Of a stretch of 64,000 nt of DNA, positions 1 through 12,289 are shown piece after piece. Source of the stretch: Podarcis pityusensis (Eukaryota). Location: the NCBI GenBank assembly GCA_964106645.2, contig OZ067050.1; one strand, written 5' to 3'. The number at the start of each line of letters is the position of its first letter. The first letter of the stretch is position 1. The position numbers and the translations under genes were made by a program. Under the pieces are notes generated by a model. The model saw only the letters and a list, made by a program, of their open reading frames with translations. It was not told where the DNA came from and ran no database searches.

Positions 1-490
1 CGTGGTTCGCGAGGGTTAGCAAATGAGCCAATGGGAGCGGATTCGACGGCGTCGCCGGGCCTGAGGGGAAACGTAGTCCTAGCAACGCGTACGTGCCCGT
101 AGCAACGGGGCGGCAGCGGGTACTTCCGGGTGTGACAAACCAACGCGCGTCCAATGGGGGAAACGTTGTCTTTATATTACGAAGCGCTGCCCTTTGTTTA
201 ATTCCCTGAGTTTGGGCCTCTCAAAAGCTCCCATGACGTGTCTGAATAATAGGGACTCCAGATAATAATAAATAAATAAATAAATTGGGGGTTGTTGTTG
301 TGGAAAGAGCCTCCCCGCCGCGAGGCATGCCGGGAGTCGTAGTCCCGCTCCTCCTGCCCATCCGCTTTGCTGGTTTCTTCCCGGAGCATACCGGGAAATG
401 TAGTTCTTCCACTGTAACCTCCCCCCGCTCCCCCCCGCGCGCTCTCTCTCACCCCAGTCTCAGTTCCTGCCTCCCGTTGCTCCCCCAGGT
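1..490. promoter_or_regulatory. CpG-island promoter of INO80E, probably bidirectional
   Basis: Very CpG-rich. CCAAT at 28-32 and 151-155; ETS/GABP ACTTCCGG at 122-129; X-box-like GTAGTCCTAGCAAC (73-86) and GTGCCCGTAGCAAC (93-106); ZNF143/THAP11-type GGGARWYGTAGT motifs at 66-77, 324-345 (GGCATGCCGGGAGTCGTAGTCC) and 386-405 (GCATACCGGGAAATGTAGTT). Lies directly upstream of the INO80E ATG. Confidence 0.8.
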
Positions 491-494
491 GGGC

Positions 495-584
495 ATGAAC
501 GGGGCGGGAGAGCCTGATCCTGGCAGCGGGGGCTACAAAAGGCGCTACAGGGCCTTGAAGAGGAGACTGAAGTTCCTGATCTAT
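495..584 (+). CDS. INO80E: INO80E coding exon 1 ([30 protein letters not shown])
   Basis: ATG at 495; donor TAT|gtgagg at 584/585. Confidence 0.93.
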
Positions 585-3500
585 GTGAGGAGCTGGGGGG
601 GGGGCGGTGGGGAGAGGGGAGGCACTGGAGGGAAGGACTTCTGGGGGAGCAGGTCATATTATTTTGGAAGGAGGGGGCAATATTTACCTTTGCAGGCGGA
701 GCGAGTTAAGGCTAAGTGAGAAACGGGGTGGGAGTCGAGGGTGGGCAGGTTATGCTGGGTCAACATGTTTCCGATTCCATGTGTCCAAAACATTGTGGAC
801 ATCCTGTTCTCGTGGGGGGGGGGAGGATAGCACGTGGGGCGCCCCGGGTTAAGATCTGTTGAATCAACCCGCGCTTTTGTTTTTATAGGGTAGATACGAG
901 TAGCCTGCTCACTTGTAAGGGAGCTGAGAGCGGGGTTTATTTCAGTGGGGTTTGTTCCCTGAAAAAACACATCTTTCGAAACCTAGTGTGACGTGGAGGG
1001 GTGTGTGCTAGGTTTGGGGGGCTTTTCTGGGGATTATCTTTACTATGAGCTCTGTGATAGGCAGCTGTAGGTTAAGAGTGAGCAATATGTGGGAGCTTAC
1101 AGTGCTAACCTACTTTGCAGGGTTATTGTCTGAGCATTAAAAAAAAGATAAATGTGTGAGAAGAGCTTTCTTATAGCCATTTAATATCCTGCTCGTCAGT
1201 CTGGAGAGCAGCTCACCACAGTTAAAACATTTACAGTACAGTACATTTAAGGAATAATAATAATAATGATAATAATAATAATTTATTATTTATACCCCGC
1301 CCATCTGGCTGAGTTTCCCCAGCCACTCTGGCGGCTCCCAATCGACTTAAAAACAATACAGCCTAGGACCCTCATACTTACAGGACTGCCTCTCCTGGTA
1401 TGCCCCGCAGAGGACCTTAAGGTCCATAAATAGCAATACTCTAGAGGTCCCGGGCCCTAAGGAAGTCAGATTACCTTCAACCAGGCCTCCAGCCTGGTGG
1501 AACACTGTCTCATGAGACCAGGGCCCTGCGGGATTTGATTTCTTTCGGCAGGGCCTTTTCCTTCTGTGATGGAACCCCTATTTGGGGACTTCCCTGGCTT
1601 TTTTCTGGCCCATGTAGGACCAGTCTGGAGGGTTGGCCTTGGTGAAGATTTGACGTTTTCTCCCCCAAACAGTTTTTGATCTGGGCTTCCACTGGGCTGC
1701 ACTTTAAGTTGTATTTTAATCAATGGTTTTTTTACTTGATGTTAGCCGCCCTGAGCCCGGTCTTGGCCAGGGAGGGCGGGGTATAAATAAAATAAAATAA
1801 AAAATTAAAAACTTCCCTAAACAGGGCTGCCTTCAGATGTCTTTTAAAAATAGGATAGCTGCTTATTTCCCTGACATCTGATGGGAGGGTGTTCCACAGG
1901 GCGGGCGCCACTACCAAGAAGGCCCTCTGTCTGGTTCCCTGTAACCTCACTTCTCACAATGAGGGAACCGCCAGAAGGTCCTCAGCGCTGGATCTTAGTG
2001 TCTGGGCTGAACGATGGGGGCGGAGATGCTCCTTCAGGTATACAGGACCGAGGCCATTTAGGGCTTTAAAGGTTAGCACCAATACTTTGAATTGTGCTTA
2101 GAAACGTACTGGAAGCCAATGCAGATCTCTCAGGACCGGTGTTATATAGTCCCGCTGGCCACTCCTAGTCACCAGTCTAGCTGCTGCATTCTGGATTAAT
2201 TGCAGTTTCCGGGTCACCTTCAAAGGTAGCCCCACGTAGAGCGCATTGCAGTAGTCCAAGCGGAAGATAACTAGAGCAATGCACCACTCTGGCAAGACAG
2301 TCTGCGGGCAGGTAGGGTCTCAGCCGGCGTACCAGATGGAGCTGGTAGACAGCCGCCCTGGACACAGAATTGACCTGTGCCTCCATGGACAGCTGTGAGT
2401 CCAAAATGACGCCCAGGCTGCGCACCTGGTCCTTCAGTGAAGGCATTTTAAAACCAGCAGAACAGCAAGGAATCTCTGTGAAACAAAGGAATATAAGACT
2501 AGTGTGAAACGTGATGATTTTTGGGAGCAGAGCTGACCCTTTGGTAGAAATTCAAAAAGCACCCCTTCCCTCTGGTATATAAATATTATTTGATTAAGTG
2601 ATTTGATAGTTTGAAAAAGGAAAGAAAAAGAAAAACACTGTCAGTTCACATTAATGATACAGTAACTGTCAATACATTTTAGTTTAGACTTATAGCTCAA
2701 TATATGCTGTCCATAAAGATATCCAAGCGAGATTTGCATTTCTAAAAAGTATGTTCAAATGTAGCAAGAGTTTTAGGGTCTTTGAACCATTCCATAATAG
2801 ATGGTGGGTATTTATCCTTTCAGGTTCAAAATATAAGTCTCTTAGTTATTACAAGAGCTTGCAAAAATTACACTTTGTTGTCCTGCTATTAATTCCAGAA
2901 TGGCTGACTAACGGGTTGGCATTCTTTTCTTTTTTGATAACATTTTATTAATTTTCCAAAAACAACCAAAATAAAAAAACAATAATATTCACATTCAAAA
3001 ATTTAGACCATAATCTTAATAGACTTCCCTCTACTTACCCTCCTGGTTCCATTATTTTACTCTTATTCAAGCACGTCCTTAAAATCTTATATTCTTAACA
3101 ATTCAATTTTTAAACCTTATTCATCTTATTACAAGTGACTTTTAAAAGTTCAACTAATGTAAAAGCCTATCCACAAAACTTACAAGGTTATGCTTTAAAC
3201 ATTTCCCTTATTTAAAAAAGAAAAAAGAGAAAACCAATGTCCTTTGGGTTTCAAGTTGTCTAATATGTCCTGCATAGTTCACTAATTTATTTTACCAATC
3301 TTCTTTGGCGGTGGCTTCTTTCTTCTATGGGGTTGGGCTGGTCTTGGCCTGGCATCCACTCTCAGGTGCAGGAACAAAGTCTTTTGCCCAGTAAATCCAT
3401 TAAGTCCTGTACCTTTCAGAATCATAGCTTCTATTTTTTTAAACAAAGGTCATTTTCAACATTCTCTTCAGATCTTTATATGTTACCTCCCAGGCCTTCT

Positions 3501-6500
3501 TAATAACTTTACATTGCCACCACATATAGTAGCCTCTCATACCTTTTCCCCTTCCTTTCTGTTTTGTCTCCATCAAAGTAAAATCTTCCCAGATCAATTC
3601 ACACGAGGTGCCATTTTTACTGTGGATCACCTTTACTTTCCCTTTTCCTCGAGCCTACCACCTCAACCTTTCCCACCTCAGTGGTTTGTATGTTCACCTC
3701 TTTAAGTTGTCCCACAGCCTCTGAAAGTAAATTAGTATTTTCCCGGATTTGAGAAGCTGTTTTTCAACATTTTGCTTTATCTCGCACAATTCTCTTTTAA
3801 ATTCTGAAATCAAATCATAAAATTAATATTTTACAGTATATTCTTTTGACTTACGACCTTGCTGGTTTGTTTCAACCCTGGAATTTTTTCTTCTACCATT
3901 TCTAATTTCAGGTGGAGGGGGGTGGAATCTCTCCCCCTTTCCCAGCTTCCTCTCTAAGATTAAATTCCAAAACAAAAATTTTAACAAATTATATTTTCCC
4001 ACCTTTACATCCATTCACAACAAAATAATTTTTGTTCCATATGAATAAAACCGTAATATTAATATTGTTTTAAAGTCTCCTTCTGACTTGCATGGTCTCT
4101 CTTGTTATTTCTCAGGAACAAGAATGTTTCCAGGAAGAACTGAGAAAAGCGCAAAGGAAACTTTTAAAAGTTTCACGGGATAAAAGGTGAGCTGATGCGA
4201 TAGAGAAGGGCAGAGAGGGTGCAGAATGGGGAGATGATGGGGGAGGTTGTGGAGCTGAAACTGAGAGATGCTTATGGGCCTGGTGCAGGAGAAATGAAAT
4301 CTTTTAGTGATGAAGGGTGGGATATCAATTCTACAACCAAATAAATAATAGATAGGGTTGCCATCTTTTTTTCGCAGGGTTCCTGGGTCCTTAAAAGCTA
4401 TGTGACAGGGGAAAATCAGTAGACCTCAATGCATCTCATGATAGGGAAAACTGCACCTGTTTGGTTTCTGCCTGAAAAGCTGCTATTAATGTTGCATGCG
4501 AGCCTTGCCTTGAAAAGGTGACTGTTCCGTAAATGGTGGGGAGGGAGCAGGAACAGGATATCTGAAGTGGCAGCAGGACTTAGTTTATGTCAAAGATGTC
4601 TAGCATTGAGATGCAGACTTTGTTTTCAATACCAGAGCAGTATTTGAGACTTTGAGCACTAAAAATAGAGAAAAGTGCCTCAGTGTACGTGCAGAGTGCC
4701 TTTCTTCTGCTACTGAATTTTCTGGCGCAATCTCTGTGCACTTGGGTTTGAAGAGCAGGGCTTCGGAGGCAGGTGGCAGAGTGTTGGCCTCAGACATTTT
4801 CTGCTTAGAAATTAAGTGTTGCATTTGAGTTTGTGACTTCCTCTCCTCCTGATCGTTTCCTGTTTCCAGTTTTCTGCTTGATCGCCTGCTCCAGTATGAG
4901 AACGTGGATGAAGAATCATCAGGTAATTCAAGGCTCACGACTTTCTTCTGGTTGTGTGCTTTGGGGAGGGTAGCCCACCCACACTGTCTTGGACATGTGC
5001 AAAGAAGTGGAAGAAAATGAAATGTTGTTTCCACAGCAGCAGTAACAGCCTTGTCCAAAATAGCAAAGCAGTGTCATGGTAGTGTATAATTCAATAAATG
5101 TGGTGATAGAAAGACTGGTAGCTAAAAGTCATTTGAAAGGACATTATAGCTTAATCCTAAATGTCTGCAGTTTGAGGCCCAAAATGAGGAAGATCTGGGG
5201 CAAGAGCTCTTGCGCTAGGAGATGGTTACATGAATCAGTGCAGTGAAGCAGCATGAGTTTAGGCTGGGAAGACACGAGTTCAAATCCACCACTCGGCCTT
5301 GAAGATTATGGGATAATCTTGCCCAAATGTCTCTCGGCCTAACCTGCCTCGCAAGAGTGTTGTATGGATAAAATTACTCCCATGTATGTTAGGTACTTAG
5401 GGACGCGGGTGGTGCTGTGAGTAAAACCTCAGTGCCTAGGACTTGCCGATCGCATGGTCGGCGGTTCAAATCCCCGCGGCAGGGTGAGCTCCCGTTGTTC
5501 GGTCCCAGCTCCTGCCCACCTAGCAGTTCAAAAGCACCCTTAAGTGCAAGTAGATAAATAGGTACCGCTTTCTAGCGGGAAGGTAAACGGCGTTTCCGTG
5601 TGCTGCTCTGGTGCCGGTTCGCCAGAGCAGCTTCGTCATGCTGGCCACGTGACCCGGAAGTGTCTGCGGACAGCGCTGGCTCCTGGCCTCTAGAGTGAGA
5701 TGAGCGCACAACCCTAGAGTCTGTCAAGACTGGCCCGTACAGGCAGGGGTACCTTTACCTTTACCTTTTATGTTAGGTACTTGAGTTTCTCAGCTGAACG
5801 CTGGTATTCAGATCTGACTGAAACTAATTTTTCATTTCAGACTCGGAGGCAACAGCCTCCTCTGACAATAGTGATGGGGAGGTCCCCAAGGGGACAGAGC
5901 CACAGTCCCTAAAGAGGTGAGTGTCTCCAAGATGAAGGGTGAGGATCAGTGTCCACGATCATTGCCACCAACCATGGGATGATATATCCTGTGGGCTTCC
6001 CCAATGGGCAGAATCCTTCTGCTTGGCCAAGTTCAGCCAGTTTTCAAAATGTTATCCCTTTTTAGGAAGCAAAAAAGACCATATGTTGTTTTCCTACATG
6101 ACCTTGCAGGACCATTTTTATGTACAGTGGTACCTCGGGTTAAGAACTTAATTCGTTCTGGAGGTCCGTTCTTAACCTGAAACTGTTCTTATCCTGAGGC
6201 ACCACTTTAGCTAATGGGGCCTCCCACTACTGCTGCTGCGCCGCTGCTGCACAATTTCTGTTCTCATCCTGAAGCAAAGTTCTTAACCCAAAGTACTATT
6301 TCTGGGTTAGCAGAGTCTGTAACCTGAAGCATCTGTAACCTGTGGTACCACTGTATATGCTAGGGGGTGATCTTTACAGGAAGCAAAGATGTCTGTTTTG
6401 CTGATCGTCCATTGCATGCCACAGTAAGCCATAAACCACATATTACGGCGCATGAGCAAATCACCCCTGCCTTCCCCTACCCCAGACATGCTTGGAGGAA

Positions 6501-9500
6501 ACATAAACAGTGATTCCTGGCTTTGTGTTATTCCTGAACCGTGGACTGTAGTTTTCTTCGCTTCCAACTAAACCATGGTCAAGCCAAGTTTTGTTGTTCT
6601 TGGCTTACTGGTGGTAGGTTTTTTTGGAGCAAAACAAGCCATAATCCCAAGGTTGGACTGAACCCTGAGCCAGCTATTATGGCTTTTGTTTTTTTAAAGT
6701 TTATTTATTTTATTTATATACCATCCTCCATCCAAGGATTGCAGGGAGGTTTACAGCATAAAAATGCAAAATGAGAACACAAAATACGTAACAAACCAAA
6801 CCAAACCAATATTTATTTCTGTCTTGGTTCCTCCCAGTACAAGTGGGGAACAGACATGATCAGCAGATAGAGCCTTGGTGGTGGTGGTGCTGCCACTGGG
6901 GGCTGCCTGGTTGGTGTTGACCCGTGATGGGTCTTTCCAGCGGCCATTCCCAGTCTGTGAAACACCCTCTCTGGTCAGGTGTGTCTCCCTCCCTCAGTAT
7001 TGACTTCCAGGAGAAATTTTATCTGAACATTTGATAGCTGAAAGACACTGCTCCTGGCAACTCTGAATTTTATTATATTTTTTAGAATACAAAAAAGTAC
7101 TCACTATTTTGACACCCTGGGCTTCTTTAAAGGGAAAGGTGGGATGTAAATCCAATTGTAATTGAGTAATTGAGTAATGATAGGCGTGTACAGGGTAGAT
7201 GTGTGACGTGTAAACTGAGAGTATGATTTCTTTGGCACCATGCGCAAGCCATGCCCGTAGGTGCTCTGGCCTTGTGGCTTGCGCTCGTGGCAACTTTTCA
7301 TCCGCGTGGCAACTCCTTTCTCCTTCTACCCACAGAAAACAAAGTCCACAGCTTGGCAGCGCTTCATCCCCTTCGTCTTCAGGCCTTTCCCTCCAGCCAA
7401 CTTCCGGCTTTGGGCTCCCGGCTTCAGGGACGCCATCTCCATACTTGACCTCTGTAAGTAACTCCATTTCTGTCTGGGTAAAAGGACTGGGTAGTATAGG
7501 GCTGCTCAAATCAAACCTTGCAGGCATTGCCTTCAAATGCTATGAACTAGGGAAAGACTTGGGCCACCTTCTTCCTGTAGGTTTAAAGCACTGAGAGAGA
7601 GGGATAGAGATCCCTGGGAAAAGCGATTGACTGTTAAACCACCCTGGGAATTGTAGCTTTGAGTGGGGAATAGGGGGCTCCCTAAGAACTCTCGGCACCC
7701 TTAACAAAACTCCCAGAATTCTTTGGGGGAAGAAGCCATGACTATTCCAAGTGTCATCCTAGAGCTTTAAATGTGTGGGGTAAATATGGCCTTGGATAAG
7801 GTCCTTCTCAAACGTCAGAGATGGCTTGGCTAGGTTTTAGTTGAGCTAACCTGACCTTCAACATGGCCTACCATAGAGATGAGGCAATGCTGTCAGGGAT
7901 TAGAGTGGCAATGAAGTTCCCATTACTTTCCTAGGCCAAGACAAAACTAAGGCGCTCGTCTTGTGTACTATCCACCGTGGCTGCGCTGACAGACGCTTGA
8001 ATGCCATTGCCCACTCTGGCCAAGATTCTTGGCCAGCATTCAAAATGGTCACTCTGGCGTCTTTGGTATTGCTGCTGAGTTTGGTAGGATAACCATTTCT
8101 CATTATGGCCACAAGTACCCTGGGCCTCTCTCTCAAAATGGCTTCCCTGACTTCAAGGACAGAACTGACATTGGATATGCCCAAGGCTGTTCCTCACCCT
8201 CTCCTTTCCATACCACCTCCATTTCGCTTCATTATTTTCTATTACAGCATTTATTTGTGGTTGCTAACATGCTATATAGACATGAAATGGAGCCTCTCTC
8301 TGCCTTGGCCAGAGATAGCATAATACGTTGGGAGAAGTGAGTTCATCATACTGGTATGCGGGGGGGGGGGCGATGTTTAGTTACCTACACCTTGTATAAT
8401 AATGCAGTTTTGGGTCTGACCTATGTGTTTGGGTAGTCAGTCACGTTTTGTATGTACATCTGGTCCCCGCAAAGAGGACAAGGCACATTTCAACAAAGGC
8501 TTGACGTTTGCTTGAAAAGGGCAGCGAAAACAATCAAGAAACTGGAACCCCTCCTCTACCAAGGAAGGGCTAAAATTTTATGCCTTTGGGGGGGTGGAGG
8601 GAGGTGACTAACCAAGCAATCCTAAGGCATGCTTATTTTGAAGTAAGTCTGGGGCTGATGGGACTTGTCATCTGAAACTTCCAGCAGGCACCAATATAGG
8701 GAAGGCTGTGGTAAGAGATTTATAAAATGACACGTGGTGTGGAGAAGGTGGAGAGAGACTTTCCCCTCCCCTTTCATAATACTACAACTTGGGCTCACCC
8801 AGTAAAAATGATGGAGAGGAGATCCAGCATCGACCAAAGAAAATATTACTTCACAAAACGTGCAATTGCTTATGGAGTCGGCTGCCGCTGGGGTGCGATG
8901 GCAACTAGCTCAGGTGGCTTTCAGAAAAGTTTAGACAAATCTGCAGATGGGGAGAGGTCTGCCAAAAGCTACTTAGCTGTTACGGCTATGTAGAACCTGC
9001 AATTTCAGAGGCACGCAACCTCTGAACATGAGTTGCTGGGAGGGGGCTGGATTGGGTGGCCTTCTGGTCTGATCTTAAGACGGTCGGTGGTGATGTTTGA
9101 CCAGCTCAAGCTTACAGGCATAGATTTCTCAAATTATATGTGTGTGGCTTCTTACTCGGAACCCCTTTCTGGGGCTTGCATGCTCATCATTCATACTTTG
9201 ATTTCTTATTCCATCTCCCCACCCTGCCTCCACCCCTTTCCCACCCAGCTGGCCTCACCCCCCTATGCTCCCTTCCCCTCTGACTACCTGGCACTAGAGC
9301 CTGAGCCTGGGGCCCCCCAACCTGAAGCCAACGCCACCCGCTCTGCCAGGCGGCCCCAAAGGCCCCGCAAGCTCAAGGTACCATCTAGATTGTGTCGGGG
9401 GTGGGGTGGGGGAGGGCAGAGGGTGTCTGCAATCCACTAAGTGGACAGGTTGAAGTCTGAATGTAGGGGACTGAATTAAATTTGGGGCTCATATTGCTGT

Positions 9501-10468
9501 ACTGTATTGCAATATAATTTGGGGGTGGGGAGAATAGAATATAATTTTGGGTGTGTTTCTCTCTCTATATATACACACATACACATTGTGATGTTTTCTA
9601 TGCACATGTAGATTGAATTATTCTCATTGAACACAGTAGGGCATAATAACAGAACAGCAATGAAGCTGCAACTACACTGCAAACTTAAAACTCATTTTGA
9701 ACCTCTGTGGTATCATGGCTTCTCTCCAGGGAACCCTGGGAATTGTGGAGGCTTCTTCTGAGCGAGCCGCTGGAAAATTAAACTTTTCCTCACAGAACAA
9801 TTTTTGTTTGTTCTGGGGGATTGTTTGAACCCATCAATACGGCACCTTTTTAGCCAAAAAACACAGAGGCATTTTAAGAAGAAAATTATGTGGGGCATGG
9901 TAGAAAGAGGAGGTTCTCTTGGATGGGTCTTAGTGCTACGTACAACATTGCAGACCCACCCTGTAAATTATTGGAAGGCTCGCTCATCCTGTCCTTACAC
10001 ATCCTGGATAAACGCTAAGCTCTCGGTAGCAAGCCTGGAAAGTTCTAGAAGAGAGGTCAAGTGTTATGGGCTTGGGCAGGCTAAAATAAGTACAGTGTTA
10101 CTCTGTGTGGAAGGAAATTTCCGCAAAATTCTGCCATTTCATACGGGGGTGGGCAACATGCTGCTCCTTTCTGTGTGGGACTAGAGAATGCAATGCAGGA
10201 GGAGGTTTGGCTCTGCCTGGCTCACTCTCCCACCCACAATTTCTTGTTCTTTTCCCCACTGCAGCTCCCGCTGCCCCCCACCTCCCACTCTGACTGTTCA
10301 TCTGTGGTGGTGGGGTTGCCCTTTCCTTCGCCCCGCGGGACCCCCAAGCTGCCGCCACCCACCATCCTCAGTACAGTGCCCCACCAGATGTTCAGTGACA
10401 CCGGGGAGGGAAGTGGCGAAGACCCCCTGGATGGTGACGATGAATTGGTAATCGACATTCCCGAGTGA
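495..10468 (+). CDS. INO80E: INO80 complex subunit E, full spliced CDS: join(495-584,4116-4186,4870-4922,5841-5916,7336-7453,9249-9377,10265-10468), 741 nt, 246 aa
   Basis: All introns are GT-AG and the phases chain correctly. Translation [83 protein letters not shown]...[16 protein letters not shown]...[12 protein letters not shown] matches the recalled vertebrate INO80E coiled-coil N-terminus and LVIDIPE C-terminus. Confidence 0.96.
1252..2445 (-). mobile_element. L2-clade LINE 3' fragment, interrupted at 1363-1803
   Basis: ORF remnants [31 protein letters not shown]...[12 protein letters not shown]...LHWLPV and [14 protein letters not shown], typical of the L2 RT C-terminus; (ATT)n tail at about 1252-1290. 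Confidence 0.85.
1363..1803 (+). mobile_element. Second L2-type LINE 3' end nested in the opposite orientation
   Basis: Encodes [19 protein letters not shown]-like L2 terminal peptide; ends gccgccctgagcccgg...gggcggggtataaataaaataaaataa. Confidence 0.7.
2930..3640 (-). mobile_element. Degenerate L1/Tx1-like LINE 3' fragment
   Basis: Remnant [14 protein letters not shown] resembles the HxWWxC motif of the L1-type ORF2 C-terminal zinc knuckle; A-rich tail on the - strand. Confidence 0.5.
4116..4186 (+). CDS. INO80E: INO80E coding exon 2 ([23 protein letters not shown])
   Basis: Acceptor ttatttctcag|; donor AG|gtgagc; 71 nt. Confidence 0.95.
4870..4922 (+). CDS. INO80E: INO80E coding exon 3 ([18 protein letters not shown])
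   Basis: Acceptor tgtttccag|; donor G|gtaatt; 53 nt. Confidence 0.95.
5399..5768 (+). mobile_element. Sauria SINE, full length
   Basis: Head GGGACGCGGGTGGTGCTG, B-box GGTTCAAATCC, (ACCTTT)n tail; 14-bp TSD TATGTTAGGTACTT at 5385-5398 and 5769-5782; sits within an older tRNA SINE relic starting at about 5230. Confidence 0.92.
5841..5916 (+). CDS. INO80E: INO80E coding exon 4 ([25 protein letters not shown])
   Basis: Acceptor ttcatttcag|; donor AG|gtgagt; 76 nt. Confidence 0.94.
6125..6353 (-). mobile_element. Tc1/mariner-type (Tigger-like) MITE, copy 1
   Basis: TIR CAGTGGTACC...GGTACCACTG, TA on both sides; six copies in the window. Confidence 0.88.
7336..7453 (+). CDS. INO80E: INO80E coding exon 5 ([40 protein letters not shown])
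   Basis: Acceptor ttctacccacag|; donor TCT|gtaagt; 118 nt. Confidence 0.93.
7560..7792. mobile_element. Dispersed MITE-like repeat (GGGAATTGTAG / CAGCACCCTTAACAAACTACA family)
   Basis: Related blocks at about 18700-18860, 26050-26200, 27230-27330, 52240-52520, 57630-57790 and 63700-63830; superfamily not determined. Confidence 0.6.
8405..8990 (+). mobile_element. Old CR1 LINE 3' fragment
   Basis: Degenerate CR1 terminal ORF ([12 protein letters not shown]...THPVK...RKYYFTKR...FQKSLDK). Confidence 0.6.
9249..9377 (+). CDS. INO80E: INO80E coding exon 6 ([16 protein letters not shown]...RPRKLK)
   Basis: Acceptor tttcccacccag|; donor AAG|gtacca; 129 nt; conserved PFPSDYLAL motif. Confidence 0.93.
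10265..10468 (+). CDS. INO80E: INO80E coding exon 7 ([11 protein letters not shown]...[16 protein letters not shown]...LVIDIPE*)
   Basis: Acceptor ttttccccactgcag|; TGA at 10466-10468. Confidence 0.94.
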   Translation, partial: LPLPPTSHSDCSSVVVGLPFPSPRGTPKLPPPTILSTVPHQMFSDTGEGSGEDPLDGDDELVIDIPE

Positions 10469-10587
10469 CAGTGGCAAGCGGCTCTCTCTGCTCAAAGGAC
10501 ACAGGCCTCGCAGTGGTGTGCGTGGGGATTGCGCCCCACAATTTTTATTTTTTTTGTTTACAGACTCCAAAAACATGCAAACCAGTC

Positions 10588-10593
10588 AATAAA
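10588..10593 (+). terminator. Probable INO80E polyadenylation signal AATAAA
   Basis: First AATAAA after the stop codon, about 120 nt downstream. Confidence 0.6.
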
Positions 10594-12289
10594 TGGGATT
10601 TTTTATATATATAAAAAATTCCAGTTGCCGTTTCTACACATACCCTCCCCCAAACCCCCACCCCAAACTTCCCTCTTCTCCTAAACCCCATGAGCCCTTA
10701 GAAGAAGTTGCCTCCTGCTGAGGCCAGAGGTTTCTTGATTCTCTTCAGACATGTACCTTCATCTACAAACTGTATTGATTAAGAAAAATCTTTGTGAAAA
10801 AGTGCATCCCTTTACGAGGTGGGAAGAATCTTCTTTTCTTTTTTTTTAGCTACAAAAGAAAAAATCCCTTTAAAGGCAGGGAACTCTGAAAAAGTGCTGG
10901 AAATCTCCTGAGGGGAGAAAAAAGTGAACGTTTTTAAGGACTAGGAGAGGTTTTCGCTGCACATGTAAACATTTGAAGTCAATCTGCTTATGAAATTTTT
11001 TTGTGGAGAAGTTTATCCTTCAAAACCCACTTGGGGATTGTTTTACATAAAATAGAAAGATCACCAGTGTTTAAAATATATATATTTTACTAGATGGTTT
11101 CTAGTAAGCACCCAAATTTTGCTACTTGTTGCAATGTTTTTATTATTATTTTTGCTACAGATATTTTATAGTGGTAGTAGGATGTATACAAGAAACCATC
11201 CTGTCGTTACAAATATAAGTGCGCGCACACACAGTAATCTTTAGAAACTGGACAAAAAATGTCATGATTCATGCCTGGGTGACAGGAGTTTTAAGGTAAG
11301 GGCAAATGCCAAATGTTTGCCTAGCTGCAAACATTTGCTCAAAAGGATAGATGGAAGACTCTGCCTTTCTAAGAGCTGATTCACATTTTACCCACAAATG
11401 GGTGTGTCACTTGGGTACTGAATGTCTTCTGATGAACAACTGAAATGTTTGACGGGGAAATAAGTGTGTCTAGCTGAGATGGATACAGATGGTTTTGTGC
11501 CCGATGTGGAAAGGTCAAATGGGCCCCCCAAATATGTTACTAAAAGAATATTAAGTTAAATACATGACAATGTGCTGCCCTTAATGGTACCACAAGTGCA
11601 GTTGCTTGTGGCAGGCCTCCCTATCCTGTCTAAAAGTATGGCCAGGTCATGCCTGGAAGTGTGTCATGGACACATAAGTCTCCCTGGCTTATGCCCACTG
11701 CCTGTTCCCATGACTCTCCATCAGAATTTGCAGCATTGACCAGGATAAATCCCGAAAGGAGAAGTTACTAAAGGCACTATTCCAATGAGAGAAGAAAACG
11801 GGAGCCATCTCAAACAAGCTAGTGAGAGAGGAAAATGGGACCTTTTCCCCCTTAAAGCCAGAGCAGCTGTAGAAAAGCCTAATGAGCTGAAGATTTTAAA
11901 AAGGCATGTATTGTATAAGAAATGGATGGAAGGATGGAAGGGCAGGCCTCTAGGATTGTGTAGTCCAGACTTGCTGGGAAAGCAGAAGATCAGAATAAGC
12001 TGAGGCTGGCGAGTGCTACCAAGAACAATAAAAAGGTGTGTTTGGAGGAAGAGGAAGGACACTAGGCCTGTTTCTCAGTAAGGATGGTGAAATATTAACA
12101 GGTGGCACAGAAGGCTGGATTGCTCAGTTGCTCTTTTGCCTCTTGTCTCCCCCCCCCCAGGGGAATTGTGTTCCATCTTCCATAAGTAGCATAGTCAGCA
12201 CATGAGTAGTGTGGCCAGAGCTGCTAAGAAATTTCATCAGGAAAAGCCTCACTACCTGAAATTACTTCGCCTCAAGGACCAGATGAATT

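Noticed and set aside
10522-10539. Hairpin GTGGGG-ATTGCG-CCCCAC followed by a U-run in the INO80E 3' UTR
   Set aside because: The 6-bp stem is expected by chance, the loop is not the IRE CAGUGN, and intrinsic terminators do not apply to Pol II genes.
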